From IMG/VR virus record IMGVR_UViG_3300037440_000117, positions 1 through 42,925 of that record: a stretch of 42,925 nucleotides of DNA, one strand, 5' to 3'. This DNA is from a virus. The notes beneath the pieces are model-generated. The model was given only the letters and a program-made list of their open reading frames with translations, did not search any database and had not been told where the DNA came from. Positions 17,379-25,001 of the stretch are shown in pieces (position 1 is the first letter of the stretch; each line of letters begins with the position of its first letter). The translations under genes and the position numbers were made by a program.

Positions 17379-18365
17379 ATGAGTACGTATCTCCTCACGA
17401 AAGACCCCGGCAATCCGCTGATGACGATCCCGATTCCGGGGGAGTCAAAAAGTCAGTACGTGCCGCATGCGGTGGTGCTGCCGAATGGTGAGACGTGGGT
17501 GGCCGTGAAAGGTGATGAGTCGGCGTCGATCCACGCCTACCGCTCGACAGATGGATTCAATTTCACGCGCGAAGGGATCATGCTCGCGCCGACGCCGGGC
17601 GCGTGGGACAGCATCTACGTGAGCGATCCGGTGCTCGTCGTGCAGGGCTCGACGCTGCATCTGTACTACAAGGGGAACAACACCTACGGCTATGGCGGCA
17701 TCGACCTCGGGCACGCGTCTGCGCCAGTCAGTGATCCGATGGCGATGGTCAAGGATGCCAATCCGATTCTGACGAGCGCCGCCGTGCTGGCGTTCTACCA
17801 GACAAACGCGCCGTCGATGGGCCTCACCGAGATTCGCGATCTGTACTTGTCGGATTTCATTCTCGATCCGTGGGGCGTGCCGACGTGGTTCGGCGGGTTC
17901 TACGGGCAAGCGGGTACCCCGTATCGGATCAGCCGATTCCGTGGCGGGTGGACCTCGCCCGCGCCGCAACTCGGCTCGATTCTCGTCGGGCAGGCACCGT
18001 ATGACTTCGTGCAATGCCCCACGGTGCACCTCAACACGCAGACGGGCCGCTATGAAATGTGGTTCACCGAAGGCTACGACGGCAGCAACAACGATCTCCG
18101 GCTGATCAAAGCCGCGTGGTGTCTGCCGGATGGCGAATGGGTGTGGACGCGCTACGCGAATACCTTACTGTCGCCCGGTCCGGGCTGGGACGAGCGGAAA
18201 GTGTTCGCCGGTGCGCTCTTGAAGGGCGGCCCGAAGTACGACACGCCAATCCTGGTGAATGGTGCGATGCGATTCTTTTACTCGGGGACGAGTCATACCA
18301 GCCCGAACACGGCGCAAGCGGGCGCGGTGTCCGTGTTGCCGGTGAATTTGGTGACGCTTGGATGA
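17379..18365 (+). CDS. Beta-propeller glycosidase-like protein (GH43/GH130/DUF377-type pattern)
   Basis: Trimmed to ATG 17379, with GGAGGG 8 nt upstream. Five blade-like repeats, e.g. IHAYRSTDGFNFTREGIMLAPTPGAWDSIYVSDPVLVVQGSTLHLYYKG, GRYEMWFTEG and AMRFFYSG. Confidence 0.45.
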   Translation: MSTYLLTKDPGNPLMTIPIPGESKSQYVPHAVVLPNGETWVAVKGDESASIHAYRSTDGFNFTREGIMLAPTPGAWDSIYVSDPVLVVQGSTLHLYYKGNNTYGYGGIDLGHASAPVSDPMAMVKDANPILTSAAVLAFYQTNAPSMGLTEIRDLYLSDFILDPWGVPTWFGGFYGQAGTPYRISRFRGGWTSPAPQLGSILVGQAPYDFVQCPTVHLNTQTGRYEMWFTEGYDGSNNDLRLIKAAWCLPDGEWVWTRYANTLLSPGPGWDERKVFAGALLKGGPKYDTPILVNGAMRFFYSGTSHTSPNTAQAGAVSVLPVNLVTLG

Positions 18366-18724
18366 GCCGCGCGCTTGACGATCTGTCGCCCCGGATGCGC
18401 CCGTTTGCCGTTGAACTGCTGGCGCGTCTCGTGGAAGCGGGGATCATGGTGATGATTGTCGATACGCTGCGCACGCCTGAAGAGCACATTGCCAACCTTC
18501 GGCGGGGCGTGAGTTGGACGACGCGATCGAAGCATCTCGACGGCAATGCGATCGATCTTGCGCCGTACGAAACCTATGCCCTCCACGGTCCCGATAAATT
18601 GAAATGGGAAGCGAGCGATTCGGCATGGCTGAAGATGGGCCAGATCGGGGAGGCGGTCGGATTAGTGTGGGGCGGTCGATGGATCAAGACCCCCGACTAT
18701 GGGCATTTTGAATTGAAACTGTGA
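18362..18724 (+). CDS. Endolysin, peptidase M15 (VanY / L-Ala-D-Glu peptidase-like)
   Basis: Trimmed to ATG 18362 (ATGA overlap). Contains SKHLDGNAIDL (SxHxxGxAxD) and DYGHFEL Zn-ligand motifs. 120 aa. Confidence 0.8.
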   Translation: MSRALDDLSPRMRPFAVELLARLVEAGIMVMIVDTLRTPEEHIANLRRGVSWTTRSKHLDGNAIDLAPYETYALHGPDKLKWEASDSAWLKMGQIGEAVGLVWGGRWIKTPDYGHFELKL

Positions 18725-18729
18725 GAGGA

Positions 18730-18864
18730 ATGCGAGCGATGCCTGTCTATGTCTACAGGAGCGGGACTGCGCCCGTGGATGAGACGAACGCAGCCCCTTG
18801 TGACCATGAGCCACGTAACAGCCCATGCCCACCGAGGGCGTTTATCGGACGGAGGGCCGGGTGA
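18730..18864 (+). CDS. Possible 44-aa peptide (MRAMPVYVYRS...)
   Basis: GAGAGGA RBS directly upstream. Its stop overlaps the GTG of the next ORF (GTGA). Below the ORF-track size cut-off. Confidence 0.25.
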   Translation: MRAMPVYVYRSGTAPVDETNAAPCDHEPRNSPCPPRAFIGRRAG

Positions 18865-19241
18865 CTGCAACCGCCTTTCCCCTCACGTCCACGGATGTCC
18901 CGGTGTCCCCACCGCGTGAAGCGCGATCGACTGATGTCGCAGTAGGACGCATTACCTACACGACGCAGATGCTGATTGGCGCGATCTTGATGACTGCGAC
19001 GATCATCGGCGCGGTCTACGGTCTGACGGGCGGCATTCGCGAATCGCAACTCCGCACCGAATCAGACATGCGCGATCTGCGCACACGGATGGAATATCAG
19101 CAGCGTGTAAACGAAGCCGATGCCCGCGCGCAAGGTGTGGTGTTCGATAACATGAAAACCACGGTCGAACAACTACGAGCACAGGTGCAACTCTTACAGC
19201 TGCAGTACGCCGAGATCAACAAGCAAATCCGACAACGATAG
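18861..19241 (+). CDS. Membrane-anchored coiled-coil protein (i-spanin-like or lysis accessory)
   Basis: Single TM segment MLIGAILMTATIIGAVYGL, followed by the heptad-like sequence RTRMEYQQRVNEADARAQ...VEQLRAQVQLLQLQYAEINKQIRQR. Sits next to the endolysin. The start is uncertain (18825 or 18861). Confidence 0.35.
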   Translation: MTATAFPLTSTDVPVSPPREARSTDVAVGRITYTTQMLIGAILMTATIIGAVYGLTGGIRESQLRTESDMRDLRTRMEYQQRVNEADARAQGVVFDNMKTTVEQLRAQVQLLQLQYAEINKQIRQR

Positions 19242-19249
19242 AGGCCCTT

Positions 19250-19471
19250 ATGGACGATGCACTTTTGAATTGTTTAACCGGCGCGTGTTGCCCTCCCGGA
19301 GCGAGACAGGCCGCGCTCACAAAGTATCTGTCGCAGTTTATGCCAGAACAGTACGCGGCGATTGCGGCCACGCAGGTATTGACGAATGTAGATCTCGCGC
19401 CGAAAGGCACGATGCAGCCGTTGATTCAGGAAGTGGCCCGGTTGGCACGCGGCGCGGACTACCGACCATGA
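19250..19471 (+). CDS. Hypothetical protein
   Basis: 73-aa ORF with a GAGG RBS. Its stop overlaps the next start. Confidence 0.4.
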   Translation: MDDALLNCLTGACCPPGARQAALTKYLSQFMPEQYAAIAATQVLTNVDLAPKGTMQPLIQEVARLARGADYRP

Positions 19472-20142
19472 GCCTGACTCTCTCGCGTCAGGTCGATCAG
19501 CAGCACCCGGAATTGCTGCAACAGAACATCAACGCGACCTGTTATCAGTTCGTCGTCTACCTGATTCAGGCGTTGCGATCACAAGGGCATCGGGCGTATC
19601 ACGTCTGCAAGACTGCGGGAGAGGGGCAGTACACGCCGCCCGGTTTCCAGCCGCGCGAAGTGACTGGGCTCGACGGGAAGAAATACATCTGTACCGGCGT
19701 CTCGCATGATGCGCTGTGGTGTGATGATCTCCAGTTTGACACCATCGCGCGCGGGAACGATTCACCCGATCCGATCTCGCATCCTGACGGCTCGCACATG
19801 ACGGGCGAGGCGGTGTGGAACGCGATTCCGTCACAGCACTGGCGTCCGCAGAATCCTCCGCTCATGGACGGGAACGGACCACCGCCGGAGCCGCCAGAGC
19901 CTCAACCGCCGATCGTAAAACCCTATCCCGGCGATCCGGTGTGGGATGCCGTCGGCGTGACGTTGTTCGCGGACTACGCGCAAGCCGGACAGGCGCCGAA
20001 TCCGCAGATGGGACGGTGGTTTGGTCGCACGATCTGGGACGCGACCGAGGGCGATGAGAGTGGGGCCGTCCTCACGGTCGAGGCGTCGATCAAGAAGCAT
20101 CGCGCCGAGTGGCGAGCCGTGCTCGGACTGCCGCCGGTCTAG
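19468..20142 (+). CDS. Hypothetical protein (224 aa, central PPPEPPEPQPP linker)
   Basis: Track ORF 19270..20142 trimmed to ATG 19468 (ATGA overlap). Confidence 0.45.
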   Translation: MSLTLSRQVDQQHPELLQQNINATCYQFVVYLIQALRSQGHRAYHVCKTAGEGQYTPPGFQPREVTGLDGKKYICTGVSHDALWCDDLQFDTIARGNDSPDPISHPDGSHMTGEAVWNAIPSQHWRPQNPPLMDGNGPPPEPPEPQPPIVKPYPGDPVWDAVGVTLFADYAQAGQAPNPQMGRWFGRTIWDATEGDESGAVLTVEASIKKHRAEWRAVLGLPPV

Positions 20143-20151
20143 GCGTCTGAC

Positions 20152-20283
20152 ATGGCGAAGACCCCTACAAAGCGGAACATGCAGGACGCCTACATCACCC
20201 TGCATCAATCGCTGAAGAAACAGGTTGTGGCGCTGACCAAGCGAGTCGAGGAGTTGGAACGCCTCGCGAAGGCGAAGACGTGA
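20152..20283 (+). CDS. Possible 43-aa helical peptide
   Basis: ATG 20152. MAKTPTKRNMQDAYITLHQSLKKQVVALTKRVEELERLAKAKT. Its stop overlaps the GTG of a 28-aa TM mini-ORF (20280..20366). Confidence 0.3.
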   Translation: MAKTPTKRNMQDAYITLHQSLKKQVVALTKRVEELERLAKAKT

Positions 20284-20421
20284 ACGCGGCGAGAGGCATC
20301 CTGTTCGGGATCGCGCTCTCCGTGTTGTTGTTTTGGCTCCCGCTTGGCTGTTGGATAGCGCGATGACGTTTACGCCCGAGTCCATCGTGATCATCATTGG
20401 CGCGCGCTCGGACTCGCCATC

Positions 20422-20640
20422 GTGAATATCATCACGGCCCTTCGGCAAGAGTCGAAGATCGCGGCGGTGGAGGCCAAGGCTGACGTGATCGCGGGCCACG
20501 TGAATAGCGCGGCGTCCGCGAGTGTGGCGAAGATTGACGCGTTGACCGAACAAGTTGCCCAGTTGACGGCCTTACGAGCCGACGAGAAGAAAACGGCGGA
20601 ACTGCTCGCGCAAAAAGCCGGGCCGAAAAGGAAATCATGA
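20422..20640 (+). CDS. Hypothetical coiled-coil protein
   Basis: 72-aa A/E/K-rich ORF. Its stop overlaps the next start (ATGA). Confidence 0.4.
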   Translation: MNIITALRQESKIAAVEAKADVIAGHVNSAASASVAKIDALTEQVAQLTALRADEKKTAELLAQKAGPKRKS

Positions 20641-20828
20641 TACCTGCGATCTTTGTTCGACTCCTCATCGCGGCGTTGATCTTCGTCGGCCTCACGCTGG
20701 CGATTCCGGCGTTTGTCGGCATCCTTGGGTTTCCGCTGGATGCGAACTGGCGTATCTTGCTGCAGGTCGCGTGTGCGGCAGTGGCGATCTATTGGGTGTT
20801 CTACGGACGCCCGCAGAGTATCGGCTAA
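20637..20828 (+). CDS. Small multi-TM membrane protein (holin candidate)
   Basis: 63 aa. Hydrophobic spans IFVRLLIAALIFVGLTLAIPAFVGILGF and ILLQVACAAVAIYWVFY. Confidence 0.45.
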   Translation: MIPAIFVRLLIAALIFVGLTLAIPAFVGILGFPLDANWRILLQVACAAVAIYWVFYGRPQSIG

Positions 20829-20836
20829 AGGACACC

Positions 20837-21127
20837 ATGATGAATCCGATGTATCAGAAGATCGCCTTCAGCCTGATTCGCTACGCCCTGATCGCGGGCG
20901 GCGCGGAAGGGCTGATGTCTGATGACGATCTGTCGCAGGCGATTGGCGCGGTCGCGACGCTGATCGCGCTGGGCTGGTCAATCCGGAAGAACTTCAAGGA
21001 GCGCCAGGTGCTCGTCACGGCGCTGCAGGGCGCGGAGCTATCCGAGAACGACGTCAAGTTACTAGTGCAAGATCCAGCCGTCGAGACGCCGAGTGTCACA
21101 GCGCCGAAAGATGTGGTGCCGGCGTGA
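20837..21127 (+). CDS. Two-TM membrane protein, Pam3-gp28-like putative holin pattern
   Basis: Trimmed to ATG 20837. Contains KIAFSLIRYALIAGGAEGL...AIGAVATLIALGWSIRKN, followed by a charged tail. Confidence 0.45.
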   Translation: MMNPMYQKIAFSLIRYALIAGGAEGLMSDDDLSQAIGAVATLIALGWSIRKNFKERQVLVTALQGAELSENDVKLLVQDPAVETPSVTAPKDVVPA

Positions 21128-21399
21128 TGCCGCAGACCATCTTCGACCCGGCGAAGCTCGAGGAAGCCTCCGAGAAGGAACTGGCGAAGGTGAAGGCCGA
21201 GAAGCCGAACTCATTCACGGTGGGCGCGCACGCGGACATTCTCGCCCGCAAGGGTGAAGCGACGATCAGCTACGATAGACGGTGGTACAACGGCTGGGGC
21301 GCGACCGCTTATATCAAGGGATGGTACAACGATACTGCCGTGGTGCCACAAGCGAAGCGCGGAGTCACCATTGGCGGCGAAGGCTCCTACAAATTCTAA
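21124..21399 (+). CDS. Hypothetical protein
   Basis: 91-aa ORF with a GTGATG start overlapping the previous stop. Confidence 0.4.
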   Translation: MMPQTIFDPAKLEEASEKELAKVKAEKPNSFTVGAHADILARKGEATISYDRRWYNGWGATAYIKGWYNDTAVVPQAKRGVTIGGEGSYKF

Positions 21400-21492
21400 G
21401 CCGGTCAACGGCGTTGTGGTGGAGTGGGAACTGCCCGCGACTCCTACAGAACCCGTGCCGACCTGCAATAGGTGCGATACGACGCAGGAGCC

Positions 21493-21521
21493 GGAAGCAT
21501 TAGGCGGGGGGCGCTTCCTTT
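21493..21521. terminator. Weak hairpin between the convergent late operon and the minus-strand protease gene
   Basis: GGAAGC-N14-GCTTCC followed by TTT. It lies inside a doubtful 49-aa CxxC..CxxC ORF (21416..21565). Confidence 0.25.
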
Positions 21522-21542
21522 GTCCGTGCTGTAGCCAAGAGT

Positions 21543-22277
21543 TTACGGTGCCGCGCTCCCAATAGGACGAGAATACGCAATCGCGGCGTGGAACTTCTCG
21601 CGCTCAGACGGGTTGGCATCGCACGACTCAAACAGGTAGTACATCAGATCTAATCGTGAGTCGGTGTGCCAGTAGCCGAGCGCGTGTCCAAGTTCGTGTT
21701 TAATAGTGGAGAGCGACACGGCTGGCCCCCCCGCACAGCGACAGCCAGGCGTGCGCGGGTAGAGCGTGATCAGGTTTCCCCCAACCGCCGCCGATCCACA
21801 GGCTTTCGGGTTCGCCTCTGCGGCCCACTCCACCGTAATCCACCCACGCTGGCTCACCCGCGTCTCCGTCCCGCGTTCGACACCAGCGACTCCGAATTGT
21901 CCAGTCAGCGCACCCGTGGTCGTTTCAAGGGCTGCTGCGGTGTGATTCAGCGTAAAGGCGTCCATTGCATTACCGGCGTTATCGATCGTGCGGAGGTATA
22001 TCCGGGGCGCTTCTGTCTGCCGGCGTAACGGTTGGAGTTGATTCGGCGTCTCAAGCGCGTTGTGGACGAATTGCCGGTAGAACGCCAGATCAAACCGCGC
22101 ATCGGTCGGTGGGAAGGCCGGCGCGGGCGGTGGGGTCACCACTGGCGGCGCAACCGGCGGAGTGACCACGGGCGGGACGACGGCAACCGGCGGCGTCACA
22201 GGCGTCGGGGCGGTCGGACTCGAGCCACAGGCCGCGAGCATGGCGCTAAACATGGTAACGCTGAGAATCAGGCGCAT
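21543..22277 (-). CDS. Secreted lipoprotein Zn-metalloprotease (metzincin motif HExxHxxGxxH)
   Basis: Trimmed to the ATG at 22277 (GAGAGGAcatATG). Signal peptide MRLILSVTMFSAMLAAC carries an LAAC lipobox. A (V/A)(V)TPP proline-rich linker follows. HELGHALGYWH is encoded at 21666..21698, with a Met-turn-like DLMYY downstream. Confidence 0.7.
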   Translation of the reverse strand: MRLILSVTMFSAMLAACGSSPTAPTPVTPPVAVVPPVVTPPVAPPVVTPPPAPAFPPTDARFDLAFYRQFVHNALETPNQLQPLRRQTEAPRIYLRTIDNAGNAMDAFTLNHTAAALETTTGALTGQFGVAGVERGTETRVSQRGWITVEWAAEANPKACGSAAVGGNLITLYPRTPGCRCAGGPAVSLSTIKHELGHALGYWHTDSRLDLMYYLFESCDANPSEREKFHAAIAYSRPIGSAAP

Positions 22278-22461
22278 ATGTCCTCTCGGCTTCAGCTTCG
22301 TGCCGGGACCGACACTTTTCGTAGTTGTTTCGCCCTTTGCACTCGCATATAAGGCAGTCATTATCGTTGCCCCTCGGTTGGAGTCGTCATGCCGTTGTCG
22401 CCTACAGATCGTCGGCGCTGGTTCGCCTTACCCGTGGGAGTGCAGGCGGGTCTCTTAGACA

Positions 22462-23016
22462 TCATTCGCTCGTTCGACGGCCACCGCGCTCCTCGTCGCC
22501 GAGCCGGGCGGTCCCCCGAAGCGTCTTCAAGATTCCCCCCCGCGCCTGTTCGGGCGAGCGTGCGTAGAGATCGACCAGCAGTTGTTGCTCCTCGGTCAAC
22601 TCGGCACGTCCCAGCCGTGCGCGTCTCCGCTGCTCCGGCACGCTCGAAGAGCGATCCAGCACACTGAGAAGGCTGTGCCGCTGTAACTCGGTCATCTGGC
22701 GGAAGTGGCCCAGCAGTTGCGCCTCTAGAGGTTTGACCTCTTGCCAGAGCGATCCAGGCAGCGCGCACATTTCCGACACGCTCATCTGGTAGAAGCTCGT
22801 CACATCGTCGAGCCAATCGAGCGATAGATCGGGGCCACCCGACCTGAGGCGCTTGTGGATCGTGGACGGATCGGCCTTCAGGAAGCGCGCAAGGATCGAG
22901 AAGTTTGGCGTCTTCTCCCGAAGACGTTCGCGCACCATCTCCTGAAATGTGTTCAACGTCGTCACGGACGGTGCCGATCCTACCCGCGAAATGGGCCAGT
23001 TTCCACGGGAAAACAT
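22462..23016 (-). CDS. CI-like repressor (HTH DNA-binding protein, no S24 peptidase domain seen)
   Basis: 184 aa, divergent from a cro-like gene. HTH-like segment FSILARFLKADPSTIHKRLRSG. Confidence 0.55.
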   Translation of the reverse strand: MFSRGNWPISRVGSAPSVTTLNTFQEMVRERLREKTPNFSILARFLKADPSTIHKRLRSGGPDLSLDWLDDVTSFYQMSVSEMCALPGSLWQEVKPLEAQLLGHFRQMTELQRHSLLSVLDRSSSVPEQRRRARLGRAELTEEQQLLVDLYARSPEQARGGILKTLRGTARLGDEERGGRRTSE

Positions 23017-23092
23017 GCGATTTCAGCATACGGCCATTGTATCAAAAAAAGTCCTTGCATCTGTGATGTTTTAGCCTCACAATGCCCTCGTT
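23017..23092. promoter_or_regulatory. Divergent promoter/operator region of the immunity switch
   Basis: The most AT-rich stretch seen in the window. On the + strand: TTGCAT (23055-60), 17 nt spacer, CACAAT (23078-83), then ATG at 23093. On the - strand: TACAAT (23036-41) upstream of the ATG at 23016. Flanking inverted repeat CATTGT / ACAATG. Confidence 0.5.
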
Positions 23093-23302
23093 ATGTCGAA
23101 AACGTCCGAGAAGCCCCAATACGAGAGTGTCGCCGACTTCATGCGGGCGACCGGGTTGGATGACCTCCAACTGGCGAAGCTGCTCGACTGCGACCGCTCG
23201 CTGGTGACGAAACTCCGACTGGGCCATAAGTTCCGTTCGCTGCGCGGCCCGATGAAGATTTCAAAAACGTGCAAAGTGCCGATTGATCGGCTTGTCGCCT
23301 AG
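23093..23302 (+). CDS. Cro-like HTH regulator
   Basis: 69 aa. Contains VADFMRATGLDDLQLAKLLDCDRSLVTKLRLG (XRE-type HTH). First gene of the rightward early operon. Confidence 0.55.
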   Translation: MSKTSEKPQYESVADFMRATGLDDLQLAKLLDCDRSLVTKLRLGHKFRSLRGPMKISKTCKVPIDRLVA

Positions 23303-23356
23303 ATCACGGATCGACCGTCATGATTGGAACGACCGTTCAGAATCGGTAGTGACAAA

Positions 23357-23806
23357 ATGGCACACGAAACACAGGATCTGATAATCAATGGTTCGTTAAC
23401 GTGCGGAAACATCCGCACAGTGGAGCCGTGTGCGGTCGGCCAAGCAGGGTCGCAGGATACCACACTCGCGGCTCGGTTCTGGTCGAAAGTTGACCGCAAA
23501 TCACCCTCCGAATGCTGGCCGTGGCTCGCGCATGTGTCGAGCGGCTACGGGCGGTTCAAGGTCGCAGGGAAATATCGACAAGCCTCCGCGATCGCGTGGG
23601 AACTCGCGCACGGTCGGAAGCTCCCGGCCTCGCGGCTGATTCGCCACACCTGCGATTACTCGCGCTGCGTCAATCCGGCGCATCTGCGGGCCTCCACTCA
23701 AAAACACAACGTCCACGACGCGATGCGGAAGGGCCGTCATTGCCTGACGAACTGGCCCAAGGCGGTCGCTGCACGTAAGTCGTTCGACCGAAAGGACGCG
23801 GCGTAA
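23357..23806 (+). CDS. HNH homing-type endonuclease (HNH_3 pattern)
   Basis: Contains FWSKVDRKSPSECWPW...GYGRF...AIAWELAHGRKLP...IRHTCDYSRCVNPAHLRASTQKHNVHD. The start may instead be TTG 23324. Confidence 0.75.
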   Translation: MAHETQDLIINGSLTCGNIRTVEPCAVGQAGSQDTTLAARFWSKVDRKSPSECWPWLAHVSSGYGRFKVAGKYRQASAIAWELAHGRKLPASRLIRHTCDYSRCVNPAHLRASTQKHNVHDAMRKGRHCLTNWPKAVAARKSFDRKDAA

Positions 23807-24027
23807 TGAGCCAACGCGCAGGCCGCGATCGATTCACCCCCGGAAATAAAGGATGCCGGGAAGAGCGTATCAAGCCGCCGCAACACGGTACTGGTTTCAC
23901 TGCTGGGAGCGAACCAGAAACCATTGAACATCTCTCCGATCCTGACTGGCTGGCGCGTCGCAATACTAAAACCGCGTCGTCGAACATCTCTCGCGCTGCC
24001 GCCAAAAGAAAGCCGTTCTTATCATGA
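23806..24027 (+). CDS. Hypothetical protein
   Basis: 73-aa ORF. The start overlaps the previous stop. Third-position GC is only moderate. Confidence 0.35.
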   Translation: MSQRAGRDRFTPGNKGCREERIKPPQHGTGFTAGSEPETIEHLSDPDWLARRNTKTASSNISRAAAKRKPFLS

Positions 24028-24221
24028 CCTCGATCAACTGGCGCGAGTTCAAGCCGTTGCTGAAGTGCGACGACCTCACGCGCATCTATCCGTACCGACT
24101 GCGCACGATCCGCAACATGGCGGCGCAGCGCAGCCCGAAGATTCCGTGCCCTTGCGGAACCAGGCCGTTCGTGTTCCGTCGTGACGATGTGAAACGGCAT
24201 TACGAAAGGTTGGCCGCATGA
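24024..24221 (+). CDS. Excisionase/AlpA-like small DNA-binding protein (candidate)
   Basis: LKCDDLTRIYPYRLRTIRNMAAQRSPKIPCPCGTRPFVFRRDDVKRHYE fits the AlpA/Xis-type HTH pattern. Confidence 0.4.
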   Translation: MTSINWREFKPLLKCDDLTRIYPYRLRTIRNMAAQRSPKIPCPCGTRPFVFRRDDVKRHYERLAA

Positions 24222-24400
24222 ATAACTCCAAGTCTGCTTTCGCCACGTTGCTTGTCGCCAAACTTGATCGCGCCGAAGGTTGGGCGGTGAGGGCTTCGCA
24301 CGATGCGTTGCTGGATTTCTTACGCAAAGAGCATCTTGCGTTCCCTGACTGGGAATCGTATCCGCGCGCGCGGTCGATCTTTACGCAGATGTGGCGGTAG
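24218..24400 (+). CDS. Hypothetical protein
   Basis: 60-aa ORF, ATGA overlap. Confidence 0.35.
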   Translation: MNNSKSAFATLLVAKLDRAEGWAVRASHDALLDFLRKEHLAFPDWESYPRARSIFTQMWR

Positions 24401-24403
24401 CGC

Positions 24404-24637
24404 ATGACTTCAGAGATCGCCACGGAGTTGACGTACCTCGTGATCCAGAAGCAACGAGAGCGCGGCGAGTTGGGCGCGTGCAGTCTCGACAACAGCCATC
24501 AGCGTCTGTATGCGATCCCGAGCCTCATTGCGAACCGCAGGCGTTTCATCGCCGATGTTGACGAGTTCCTGACCGACGCCGCCTGCTCTCAGCGGGTGGA
24601 CGGCGTGACGCCGAGCTTCAACGGACGGCAGAAGTAG
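24404..24637 (+). CDS. Hypothetical protein
   Basis: 77-aa ORF, ATG 4 nt after the previous stop. Confidence 0.35.
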   Translation: MTSEIATELTYLVIQKQRERGELGACSLDNSHQRLYAIPSLIANRRRFIADVDEFLTDAACSQRVDGVTPSFNGRQK

Positions 24638-24647
24638 TTGTTCAGCC

Positions 24648-25001
24648 ATGAATCCCATGCTCACCCAACCGTCGTTGCCCACGCCGCTCCTGTTACCGGA
24701 CAAGAGCGGTCGAACAGCGAAAGCCTCTATCCGGAAAACGGACACCGAGGGCTATTACGCGGCGCTGGGCGGGTGCATTGAGGAAGTGCGGCGGGTGAGC
24801 GGGTTAACGCTGAAAGAGTTCGCAGCGGTCGTCGGGAAAGACGAGCGGCAGATCGCGCGGCAAGTGGAGGGGAAGGATCGGCCCCAACTCGAAGCCGTGT
24901 TTGCGGTGGAGCGGTTCCGGGGGCCGCTGGTAATCGCACTGGCGCGATTAGCGGCGGGATGCGAAATCGATACGGTTATTCATGTGCGGAGGTCAGTGTG
25001 A
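24648..25001 (+). CDS. XRE-family HTH protein
   Basis: Contains SGLTLKEFAAVVGKDERQIARQVEGKDRPQLE. Confidence 0.5.
   Translation: MNPMLTQPSLPTPLLLPDKSGRTAKASIRKTDTEGYYAALGGCIEEVRRVSGLTLKEFAAVVGKDERQIARQVEGKDRPQLEAVFAVERFRGPLVIALARLAAGCEIDTVIHVRRSV

Noticed and set aside
19250-19471. o-spanin candidate, because of LLNCLTGACC near the N-terminus.
   Set aside because: There is no hydrophobic signal sequence before the Cys, and the -3 position does not fit a lipobox. The protein looks soluble.
21416-21565. 49-aa CxxC...CxxC zinc-ribbon ORF at the end of the late operon.
   Set aside because: It needs a GTG start without an RBS, contains the GGAAGC/GCTTCC hairpin, and overlaps the protease gene's 3' end by 23 bp. 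It is plausible but too weak to call.
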